NCBI GenBank assembly: GCA_964342815.1
Contig: CAYFHS010000019.1
Coordinates: forward strand, 10,285-74,284
DNA from: an uncultured archaeon
GTDB lineage: Archaea; Thermoplasmatota; Penumbrarchaeia; JASLWR01
DNA length: 64,000 nt
Direction: 5' to 3'
How positions within the stretch are numbered: position 1 is the stretch's first letter; each line of letters begins with the position of its first letter. Position numbers and translations under genes: made by a program. A model generated the notes under the pieces. That model saw nothing but the letters and a program-made list of their open reading frames with translations. It searched no databases and had not been told where the DNA came from. Below, piece after piece: positions 17,195 to 25,165 of this stretch.

Positions 17195-17896
17195 TTAAGC
17201 CCGCCTCGCTTCCTTCTCTTGTAACCGTTTATGAATCTTCTCGCTGGTTAACTCCCGCAACACGTCTGAAGCGATCCATCTTGCTGCCTTCGAATCCAAT
17301 TTTTGTATCTTTCCCCCCACCTCGATAGCCTCCCGGTTCAGCTCCATATTCTTTTTTCCTATATTTCTAAGAGCCCAGCTAATGGCCTTTTTTACAAGAA
17401 TTCTCTCATCGTTGGATTCCCTTACCATCAACGGATAGAATTTTTTAAATCGTTCGTTATCTGCCGCCTTGTCTTTCCATCCGAAACAGGCCATAAGAGC
17501 GAAACCGGCCCTTTTTTCGAATTCCTTTGTCCGAGCACTCCACTCCACTGCCTTTTTGTCGGCGAATGGAAGCCGCCAAAAGAGGTTCATACAGCATTGG
17601 TCGCATATTTCCCAGTAATCGAATTCTTTTATCCATGCATCCGCTTGCGCCTCGCTAACAAGCAGGGGATCGTCGATGATGCTTGCCAGTATCCTGGTTT
17701 CGCGGTAACCGGCTTCCCACAATTGTTGTGCTAGGTCATGGTCAATCCCGATCTCCTTGCCGAGCTTTCTCAGATTTGGCATGGAGACTCCAAATGTTTT
17801 ATCGGGGGTGATACCAAACCTTGCCATACCCTCTATTGCTTCAGGGGTTCCAAGAGCTTTCAGCTTTGCAAGAATATCTGTAAGGTTCATTTTCAC
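17195..17896 (-). CDS. DNA alkylation repair protein (AlkD-like HEAT-repeat family)
   Basis: The N-terminus LKALGTPEAIEGMARFGI...FGVSMPNLRKLGKEIGIDHDLAQQLWEAGYRETRILA matches my recollection of the DNA alkylation repair enzyme family (PF08713-like). Confidence 0.7.
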   Translation of the reverse strand: MKMNLTDILAKLKALGTPEAIEGMARFGITPDKTFGVSMPNLRKLGKEIGIDHDLAQQLWEAGYRETRILASIIDDPLLVSEAQADAWIKEFDYWEICDQCCMNLFWRLPFADKKAVEWSARTKEFEKRAGFALMACFGWKDKAADNERFKKFYPLMVRESNDERILVKKAISWALRNIGKKNMELNREAIEVGGKIQKLDSKAARWIASDVLRELTSEKIHKRLQEKEARRA

Positions 17897-17907
17897 ACCG
17901 GCTCTAA

Positions 17908-18957
17908 TTAATCAACTTTAACGAGCTTGTATTTTCTGGTACCCAACCCAATCTTCTCGGCGTACTCCAGCAGATGCCTTCCCCCGAATTTCTTCTTCCC
18001 GGCCCTCTTGTCGATCAGGTCTAGGCATGCCTGGTCTATTGCAACCGGATCGGTGGAAGCGAACACTCCAAGGTCCGGCAGTATGATCTTCATCTTCCGA
18101 CCCATACAGTCGCAGCCTCTGGTTATGTTGAATACAAATGTCATGTAGATGTTACGCTTGTCTTTCTGAGCGGCTAATGCATATTCGGCAAGTCTTTCCC
18201 CGAAGGTCTTGAACAGATTAATGGAGGTCCACCGCACCTTTGCGGCTTTCACGGGGCAAACTGCAATGCAGGAAGCACAGCCAACGCATTTATCAAGGTC
18301 GATCCTGTGCGCCTTTCCCTTCACGTATATTGCATCCACGGGACATTGTTTAGCGCAGGTACCACAATTATTGCATTTTCTGCGGACTATCTTTGGTTTC
18401 GAGGAATGATGCATGGTCAGCTTTCCGCCTCTAGCGGCACATCCCATTCCCAGCTGTTTTATGGCTCCGCCAAAACCTGACAGCATATGCCCTTTGAAAT
18501 GGGCTATAATTAATAATTGGTCATGATCACCGATTAATTTTCCAACCTTACAGCGTTTAAAATGTTTTTCATCGATAGTAACTTCATCGAAATCATTCCC
18601 GTGATCTCCATCGGCGATCACCACCGGAACCCGTGTGAAACCATGATCCTTTGCGAGTTTGATATGCTTATCCCGGGTCATGCGCTGTCCGGAATACAGC
18701 ACGTTCGTGTCAGTATAGAATGTGCTTATCTCGTTTTCATCGAGATAATCGATGATACCGTCATAATTATCTGCTGACAAGTAAGTTATGTTCCCCTTCT
18801 CTCCGAAATGGACCTTCAGGGGGATTTTCTTTGACAACTCCACTTTTTCTTTCTCCACCAGCCGTTCCAGAAGAAACCTGCCTGCGGCACTTATCTCCTT
18901 CGTCTTTGAGTAAGAATCGATCGCTTTAAAGTAGACCGTCGCCATTTGACCGCTCAT
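17908..18957 (-). CDS. DUF362 domain protein with an inserted 2x[4Fe-4S] ferredoxin domain
   Basis: Two CxxCxxCxxxCP motifs are present (CNNCGTCAKQCPVDAI and CVGCASCIAVCPVKAA). The flanking sequence is typical of DUF362 (KVHFGEKGN, VVIADGDHG). Confidence 0.75.
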   Translation of the reverse strand: MSGQMATVYFKAIDSYSKTKEISAAGRFLLERLVEKEKVELSKKIPLKVHFGEKGNITYLSADNYDGIIDYLDENEISTFYTDTNVLYSGQRMTRDKHIKLAKDHGFTRVPVVIADGDHGNDFDEVTIDEKHFKRCKVGKLIGDHDQLLIIAHFKGHMLSGFGGAIKQLGMGCAARGGKLTMHHSSKPKIVRRKCNNCGTCAKQCPVDAIYVKGKAHRIDLDKCVGCASCIAVCPVKAAKVRWTSINLFKTFGERLAEYALAAQKDKRNIYMTFVFNITRGCDCMGRKMKIILPDLGVFASTDPVAIDQACLDLIDKRAGKKKFGGRHLLEYAEKIGLGTRKYKLVKVD

Positions 18958-19187
18958 TGGACGAGAAATAATGGATTATTATAAAGGTTTTATCTATCTA
19001 TTATACGTGCTTCCGGAGATTCGAATCCAGAGCTGAAATCCTTGATGGCAGGTTCTCTGTCGCATTAACTTGATGTGGATACTGATAAGGAGATTTTCTA
19101 TTCCAAAACGTAAAATAACACGAATGCGATTCAGCCGCAGCTGCACTGATCAATTAATCAAAACATTGAATTGAGCGGGGTTCACCC

Positions 19188-20912
19188 ATGTCTAAGCAAA
19201 GCAACTCAACGGATTCAGGAAATCAATATACTCCTATAATATCCTACGAACACGGCGCATACACCGTACCTCTCCTTGGTGAGAGCGTACAGCACTGTCT
19301 GTTCCGCATTGCGGATCGTTATCCCGACCGAGATGCTCTAATATCGATCCATCAGAACCGGCGCTTCACCTACCGAGAGATCAAGAAGATAGTTGATAAT
19401 GCTGCCAAAGCGTTTCTCGCTCTTGGTATCGGCAGGGGCGACCGGGTGGCCATATGGTCGACGAACAACTATGAATGGTGGGTCACGCAGTTTGCCACGG
19501 CCCGTATAGGTGCAATTCTAGTTACTATCAATCCCGCCTACCGCACTCACGAGCTGGAATACGTTTTGAAAAAATCCAAGGCGAAGGCATTACTCCTTAT
19601 CGAATCGTTCAAAACCTCCAATTATGTGGATATGTTGTACAAGGTATGCCACGAGATCAAAGAGGCGGAACCCGGTCGCATCGATTCATGGCGTTTCCCT
19701 CATTTGAAATCGGTAATATTCATCGGCAGTGACCAGCATCCTGGTATTTTCACCCGGCGTGAGTTCGCCGAGCTGGGGCCGACCATGTCCGACGAAGAAC
19801 TGGAACGAGTTGCCCATGGGCTTGAGATAGATGATGCAATCAATATTCAGTACACATCCGGTACAACGGGATACCCAAAGGGGGTTGTACTCACCAACCA
19901 TAACATAATAAACAACGCCTATCTCACCGCACTCGAAATGGGTCTTACGCATGAGGATCGCCTGTGTATGCCGGTTCCGCTCTATCACTGCTTCGGCATG
20001 GTGCTCTCGAGCCTCTCTTGTGTTACTGTTGGCGCCGCTCTCGTCATCCCCGGCCCGGTATTCAATGTCGAGGAAACTCTCATGGCGATCCACCAGGAGC
20101 GGTGTACTGCTCTTCACGGAGTACCCACCATGTTCATAGCCGAACTGGAGCATCCAAACTTCGAAAAGTACGACCTTACAAGCTTGAGAACAGGAATAAT
20201 GGCCGGGGCGCCGTGTCCCATAGACGTGATGAAAAAGGTACATGACAGCATGAACATGAAAGAGATATTGATCGGGTACGGGCAGACGGAGTGCTCTCCG
20301 ATTGCCACACTTACGCGGCCGGACGACCCCCTTGAAAGACGTGTCAGCACTGTTGGGAAGGTGGCACCGCATGTAGAACTGAAGGTCGTCGATCCTGAGA
20401 CGGGCTGGACGCTTCCGAGGGGCAAGAAAGGAGAAATTTGTTTTCGCGGATATAATGTTATGAGGGGATATGATAACATGCCCGAGGCCACCGCCGAGGC
20501 CGTTGACGAGGATGACTGGCTTCATTCCGGAGACCTTGGTGTAATGGAGATCGACGGTTTTGTAAAGATCACTGGACGCTTGAAAGAGATGGTCATTCGA
20601 GGCGGGGAAAATCTATTTCCCAAGGAGATCGAGGAGTATTTAAGAACCCTGGATATAATTTACGACGTCTACGTGGTTGGTATTCCTGACGAGAGAATGG
20701 GTGAGGAACTGCTGGCCTGCGTGAAGCTTCGGAAAGGTGTGGAAGTGCCGGAACCTGAAGAATTCCGCGCATTGTGCAGGGGAAATATAGCGCATTTCAA
20801 GATACCGCGATACTGGCTGGTTGTGGATGATTACCCCATGACGGTGACTGGCAAGATACAGAAGTTCAAGCTTGTGGAGTGGGGAATCCGGGAACTGGGA
20901 CTTCAGGGCTGA
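19188..20912 (+). CDS. AMP-dependent acyl-CoA synthetase/ligase
   Basis: AMP-binding signature IQYTSGTTGYPKGVVLTNHN, followed by YGQTE, GDLG and the C-terminal GKIQK motif. Confidence 0.9.
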   Translation: MSKQSNSTDSGNQYTPIISYEHGAYTVPLLGESVQHCLFRIADRYPDRDALISIHQNRRFTYREIKKIVDNAAKAFLALGIGRGDRVAIWSTNNYEWWVTQFATARIGAILVTINPAYRTHELEYVLKKSKAKALLLIESFKTSNYVDMLYKVCHEIKEAEPGRIDSWRFPHLKSVIFIGSDQHPGIFTRREFAELGPTMSDEELERVAHGLEIDDAINIQYTSGTTGYPKGVVLTNHNIINNAYLTALEMGLTHEDRLCMPVPLYHCFGMVLSSLSCVTVGAALVIPGPVFNVEETLMAIHQERCTALHGVPTMFIAELEHPNFEKYDLTSLRTGIMAGAPCPIDVMKKVHDSMNMKEILIGYGQTECSPIATLTRPDDPLERRVSTVGKVAPHVELKVVDPETGWTLPRGKKGEICFRGYNVMRGYDNMPEATAEAVDEDDWLHSGDLGVMEIDGFVKITGRLKEMVIRGGENLFPKEIEEYLRTLDIIYDVYVVGIPDERMGEELLACVKLRKGVEVPEPEEFRALCRGNIAHFKIPRYWLVVDDYPMTVTGKIQKFKLVEWGIRELGLQG

Positions 20913-20915
20913 TTA

Positions 20916-22022
20916 TTATAGGTTAATCTTTATCTCATTTAGTCCTTCGCCAAGCGCCGCAAGACCCGCCTTTACTTCATTTACCGGGCCCACAGCCGTA
21001 AGCCGAAAATGGCCATCGAGCCCAAAATATTTCCCCGGTGATATTAAAACTCCGGTTTTATCCAGCAGTTTTCGACAGAGCGTGACAGAATCAATTTCGA
21101 GAGAATACCTGGGAAAGCACATAATCCCACCTGCAGGCGAAACATAGTTCATTATGTCTTTTCTTTCGTCCATCCAGTTCTTCACTATGGCCATGTTCCT
21201 GTTTGCGATATTTTTAAACCGTTCTAACAATTTTTCTCTTGCTGTCAACACGACTGATTTACTAATAACTTCCGAGATGTATGGTGATGCTGCGCTTGCC
21301 ATTGACTTGGCCTGCTGGCACAGCTTTGCCGTTTCCTTTTCGGCGATTATCCATCCTGTCCGGAATCCTCCCAGCCCGTAGAGTTTCGTCACGCTGCAGG
21401 TGACAATGATCCCCTCGATTCCCGCCGCTGAACTACAGGGAAAATTCGAGGCATCGAGGAACATCTCGTCAATGAGAACGTGGGCTCTGTTATCCCGGGC
21501 GATCCCAGCCACTGCTTCCATGGTCTTCCGGGAAGTGAGAACGCCGCTGGGATTGTGAAGGTTCGTAAGGACTATCAATTTCTTACTGGGGGATATGATC
21601 TCGTTCAATTCGTCGAGGTCCAGCTGAAAATCATCGTCGAATTTCCTTTCCCACTTTTCGATCTTCCCGCCGAGCATGGCCGGGACCCTATACATGGGTT
21701 CGTAACCGGGATTCTCAACTATGACCTCGTCACCTGCTTCGATAGTTGCAAGATATGCAAGAAAATTAGCCTCGCTGCCCCCGGTTGCGGTTACGATATT
21801 ATCTGAATCCCATTTGTATATCCCAGCTAGAGCCTCGCGAAGATTTTCCTCACCGAAATGGTCGTTCTTCCCGAGATCGAAATCGGCCGGAATCTCATAA
21901 CCCGTAAGCTCCTGAAGTTCCGAGAAAAGCAGGCCGGGAATGTTGCTAATGCCGAAATCGTATCTTGCGTCCTTTTCGTTTTCCAGCAGCCAATCCAGAA
22001 GTTCGAAGGGAGGTATTTTCAT
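20916..22022 (-). CDS. PLP-dependent aminotransferase, class I/II
   Basis: Fold-type I motifs are present: GYEPMY, NLHNPSG, and SVTKLYGLGGFRTGW with the candidate PLP lysine. Confidence 0.8.
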   Translation of the reverse strand: MKIPPFELLDWLLENEKDARYDFGISNIPGLLFSELQELTGYEIPADFDLGKNDHFGEENLREALAGIYKWDSDNIVTATGGSEANFLAYLATIEAGDEVIVENPGYEPMYRVPAMLGGKIEKWERKFDDDFQLDLDELNEIISPSKKLIVLTNLHNPSGVLTSRKTMEAVAGIARDNRAHVLIDEMFLDASNFPCSSAAGIEGIIVTCSVTKLYGLGGFRTGWIIAEKETAKLCQQAKSMASAASPYISEVISKSVVLTAREKLLERFKNIANRNMAIVKNWMDERKDIMNYVSPAGGIMCFPRYSLEIDSVTLCRKLLDKTGVLISPGKYFGLDGHFRLTAVGPVNEVKAGLAALGEGLNEIKINL

Positions 22023-22337
22023 ACTTGAGTTATCTACAGTTATGTATTTTTGATTTGTCGTTTTTTAGGCTTGTGCGAGTGATCGTTTCTCCAATAATCC
22101 ATAGAGGGCCTGCGAGCTCCAGCCAAACGCAGGCCGGGTCTAAAAAATAGTTACACATAAAATAAATTCAAATCCTGATTACCTACGATTCCGAGCAGAC
22201 TCTGGGGGTGAGGCGTCTTACAGCACACCTGCTGGAAGATACAGGGCCGTTTGCGGAGCAAATGGACCAGTATGAGCCGGCGCAGGAATCGGGTGGGGGC
22301 TTGGGATGGCTATTCCTCCGCTTCACATAACGAAGTA

Positions 22338-23258
22338 TTATTTTTCCTCCCGGACGAGTCGGAAACCTATGATAATGAACACGGCGTCGGGGGAGTCACC
22401 GTTCCTCCGAGATGAAAAGGAAAATTTAACATCATTTTGGTTCCAGTCACTACCACGAAAAACCCGATTAGAACCCGATGTTGGTCCCTGCGGATCGTTA
22501 TTAGTCGAGTTCTCATAATAATATTTATCATACCAATCCTGGCACCACTCGCATACGTTACCATGCATATCATACAGACCCCAGTCATTAGGTAACTTTT
22601 CACCAACTGGGTGTGTTTTACCTTTTGAATTTAGACCATACCATGCATACATATCTATTTTTTCTTCATCATCCCCAAAGCTATAGTCACTCTCTCTCCC
22701 TGCACGGCAACAGTATTCCCATTCCGCCTCTGTTGGTAATCGATAAGTATAGTTAGTATCAAGCTTGTTCAGCCTTGAACTGAACAATTGGCAGTCATTC
22801 CAGGAAACCGAATAAATTGGATGATTATCGCCAATTCCATATTCAAAATCGTTATATGGATTTAAATCCCATTTCCCCATAACCTCTTCCCATTGAGACT
22901 GTGTTACCTCGCAACTTAGCATTTGAAAACCTTTGGAAATCGTTACTTGATGTGCCGGTTTTTCATATGAATAACCTTTTGAATTACCCATGATGAAAGT
23001 ACCTGGTGATATATCAACCCAGTTGAAATCGTCTGGGAATCGAGGCGTATGGGAAGGTTCTTTTGGAAAAAGAAATAGATATCCACCAATCCAAACAGCG
23101 ATCAACACAAATATGACTATATGCCTTCTGACAAACACCTTTTTACCTCTTTTCTTATGTTGAGCTAGTTTATCCTCCCCATTTTCCCTTTCAGGCTCCG
23201 GTTTTGCACCTGGTGATAAGGATTCCTCTGGACAATTAGAAGGGATTTCATTAGCCAT
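22338..23258 (-). CDS. membrane-anchored formylglycine-generating enzyme (FGE/SUMF1) family protein
   Basis: A cytoplasmic N-terminus plus TM (IVIFVLIAVWIGGYLFLF) is followed by an FGE-sulfatase signature (RLPTEAEWEYCCRAG, THPVGEKLPNDWGLYDMHGNVCEWCQDWY, RVFRGSDW). Confidence 0.85.
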   Translation of the reverse strand: MANEIPSNCPEESLSPGAKPEPERENGEDKLAQHKKRGKKVFVRRHIVIFVLIAVWIGGYLFLFPKEPSHTPRFPDDFNWVDISPGTFIMGNSKGYSYEKPAHQVTISKGFQMLSCEVTQSQWEEVMGKWDLNPYNDFEYGIGDNHPIYSVSWNDCQLFSSRLNKLDTNYTYRLPTEAEWEYCCRAGRESDYSFGDDEEKIDMYAWYGLNSKGKTHPVGEKLPNDWGLYDMHGNVCEWCQDWYDKYYYENSTNNDPQGPTSGSNRVFRGSDWNQNDVKFSFSSRRNGDSPDAVFIIIGFRLVREEK

Positions 23259-23356
23259 AGATACAAATATGTGTTATACATATAAAAAGTTGTTCGAAAG
23301 TTTGTATATTCCAGTCATATCCGGTTAATACATTGAAGAAAGGAGGCGGATTTGAT

Positions 23357-23391
23357 CCCCAAAATTAAGAAGAAAGGGGGCTTACCCCCTT
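23357..23391 (-). terminator. hairpin plus T-rich tract downstream of thiDN
   Basis: On the minus strand the sequence reads AAGGGGG-TAAG-CCCCCTT followed by TCTTCTTAATTTT. It lies about 130 nt downstream of the thiDN stop. Confidence 0.4.
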
Positions 23392-23437
23392 GGTCGGTAC
23401 CGACCTTATGCAATATTCTAAATATTATTTTTATGTC

Positions 23438-23479
23438 GGGCCTGCGTTTCTTACGTCGCAGGCCCTCTTTTGTTTTTTT
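23438..23479 (+). terminator. intrinsic-terminator-like hairpin with a T-run (plus-strand orientation)
   Basis: GGGCCTGCG-N10-CGCAGGCCC is followed by TCTTTTGTTTTTTT. No annotated plus-strand gene lies upstream. The stem is shared with a second hairpin at 22103-22135. Confidence 0.4.
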
Positions 23480-23517
23480 AGTCCGCACTGGCCAGCGCAG
23501 CACCAACCCAAAAAGGC

Positions 23518-24864
23518 TTAGATTTCGCGCCAGATCGCCAATACCTTTTCAAGCAGCCCTCGGGAAGAATCCGCCAGCACCCTTATCATGGGTTCCTTGC
23601 CAACTCCTCCCTCGTCTATCACTATATCCGGCGCCTTATCCCGACCTTTCATTACGTAAGCCGCTGCCCAATCCATAGTCCGGCGTTCCCTTTCTGCTGA
23701 CGAAGCGGGTTCCTCATCTCTCGGTGCGAAGGCGATATCAAGATCCAGTTCCTCGCATATTTTCCGGGTCTCTTCGTTAAGTTTGATGTTCATTGAGCTT
23801 CTAACCGATCTATCGTGCGTTTGAATGGTCAGCAGAAAACGGGCTACATGATCCGATACCCCGTACCACGGAACGTGGGCGTGAATCCGCTCCTTCAAGC
23901 GGACGATCCGCCCCTCGACACCTACGGCTTCTTCCGGACCGATAGCATAAGGCAGCGTCGTGACAAAGTTGGATGCCACTTCTGGAATAAGCTCAAATAT
24001 ATTTTTTGCCTCCAGCTCCCGAACACATTCACGCACCTCCTTCAAAACCGGGTAGCGGGCAGCTTCATTAATCAAATGGGTCAGAGGGCTCACCATTGTC
24101 CCGCCTTTTGTTTCAAAGGGAAAACGGATGGACCTGTTAACGTGATTTGCAGCGTGCTCCACGGCATATCCAAGATCACTTCCCTTGGCAAGATATGCCG
24201 TGATACCTGCGGATAACATACAGCCGGTACCGTGGGGATCATTTCCGGGAATAAATTTCCGTTCGTATTCCCGCACTCCTTTCTCATCCACAAGTAAGTC
24301 CGTAATCCGGTCATTTTCAAAATGACAGCCGGTGACCAGCACAGCATCGGCTCCGGTCTCCATTATCTTCCCAGCGGCTACTATGGCATCATTCTTGTTT
24401 CTGATCGGTACGCCGGAAAGGAGTTCCGCCTCCCTTATATTCGGTGTAACGAGAGCCGCCATTGGTAATAACAATTTTTTTAGCTCCATCACACCGCTAT
24501 CGTCCAGCAAAGAATGACCGGTGCTCGATCGTATCACGGGATCGATTACCAGCCGTACGTTATATTTCTCAAGAGTTTTCGACACCGCCTTTACTATTTC
24601 TCCGTCCACCAGCATCCCCGTTTTCACCGTATCCACCCCGATATCCTCCATGACTGATTCTATCTGTCCGGAAACTATACGTGGCTCTATTCGGACCACT
24701 TCCCGTACACCAAGCGTATTCTGGACCGTTATGGCCGTAACTGCGGAGCTTGCGTGTACGCCAATAGATTCAATGCTCAAGATATCAGCCTGAATGCCTG
24801 CTCCCCCGCTGGGATCGGAGCCTGCGATTGTCATGGCCGAGGGGTTTTCTCGCTTCCGGATCAT
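23518..24864 (-). CDS. thiDN: bifunctional hydroxymethylpyrimidine/phosphomethylpyrimidine kinase - thiamine-phosphate synthase (ThiD-ThiN fusion)
   Basis: The N-terminal ThiD signature is MTIAGSDPSGGAGIQADI...GTGCMLSAGITA. A C-terminal region of about 180 aa is typical of the archaeal ThiN domain. Confidence 0.9.
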   Translation of the reverse strand: MIRKRENPSAMTIAGSDPSGGAGIQADILSIESIGVHASSAVTAITVQNTLGVREVVRIEPRIVSGQIESVMEDIGVDTVKTGMLVDGEIVKAVSKTLEKYNVRLVIDPVIRSSTGHSLLDDSGVMELKKLLLPMAALVTPNIREAELLSGVPIRNKNDAIVAAGKIMETGADAVLVTGCHFENDRITDLLVDEKGVREYERKFIPGNDPHGTGCMLSAGITAYLAKGSDLGYAVEHAANHVNRSIRFPFETKGGTMVSPLTHLINEAARYPVLKEVRECVRELEAKNIFELIPEVASNFVTTLPYAIGPEEAVGVEGRIVRLKERIHAHVPWYGVSDHVARFLLTIQTHDRSVRSSMNIKLNEETRKICEELDLDIAFAPRDEEPASSAERERRTMDWAAAYVMKGRDKAPDIVIDEGGVGKEPMIRVLADSSRGLLEKVLAIWREI

Positions 24865-25165
24865 ACTTTTCCAACCTTTCCTTCATACATATTGAGGGTC
24901 GTATAATGAATAATTCGGGGATTATTCCTTAGAACTACCGCCAACCGAGGTCAGCAGGGTTGGCAGCTTGGATCGGGGATTTCGGGATAATAATTCACTC
25001 ATATAACAAAGCATCGGCGTAACTCCTATGCAGCCATGTCGAATATGAAATAGCTCTTTTCGGACACAGCATACATATAACAATATTTTAGTATTATGAG
25101 ATTGTATATGGATTGAGTATTCTGTTGAATTAACTCAATTAGTCTCACTTAATAACGGTGTTCAT

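Noticed and set aside
19686-20525. A long antisense ORF of 279 aa. Similar ones occur at 49608..50405 (265 aa), 35111..35749 (212 aa), 12936..13562, 13884..14381, 14389..14814, 2033..2584, 2612..3001, 26354..26842, 40517..41701 and 17303..17734.
   Set aside because: Each lies fully inside a gene on the opposite strand that has unambiguous family motifs (AMP-binding, HisKA/HATPase, activase, MATE, PKD and others). Their translations are low-complexity or Arg/Pro/Ser-rich, which is typical of shadow frames.
22023-22337. A long, partly GC-rich intergenic spacer, considered as a possible tRNA or other structured RNA gene.
   Set aside because: I could not fold a cloverleaf (no acceptor/T-arm GTTCRANNC pattern) or recognise any known RNA family by eye. 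Only the hairpin reported in the findings stands out. tRNAscan-SE or Infernal should be run.
24865-25165. Possible TPP riboswitch upstream of thiDN. A hairpin CTGCCAACC-N11-GGTTGGCGG (minus-strand reading) lies near 24939-24969.
   Set aside because: I could not find the conserved TPP-riboswitch cores (CUGAGA and ACCUGAUCUGGAUAAUGCCAGCG-like) on either strand. The hairpin alone is not diagnostic. A covariance-model scan (Rfam RF00059) would settle it.
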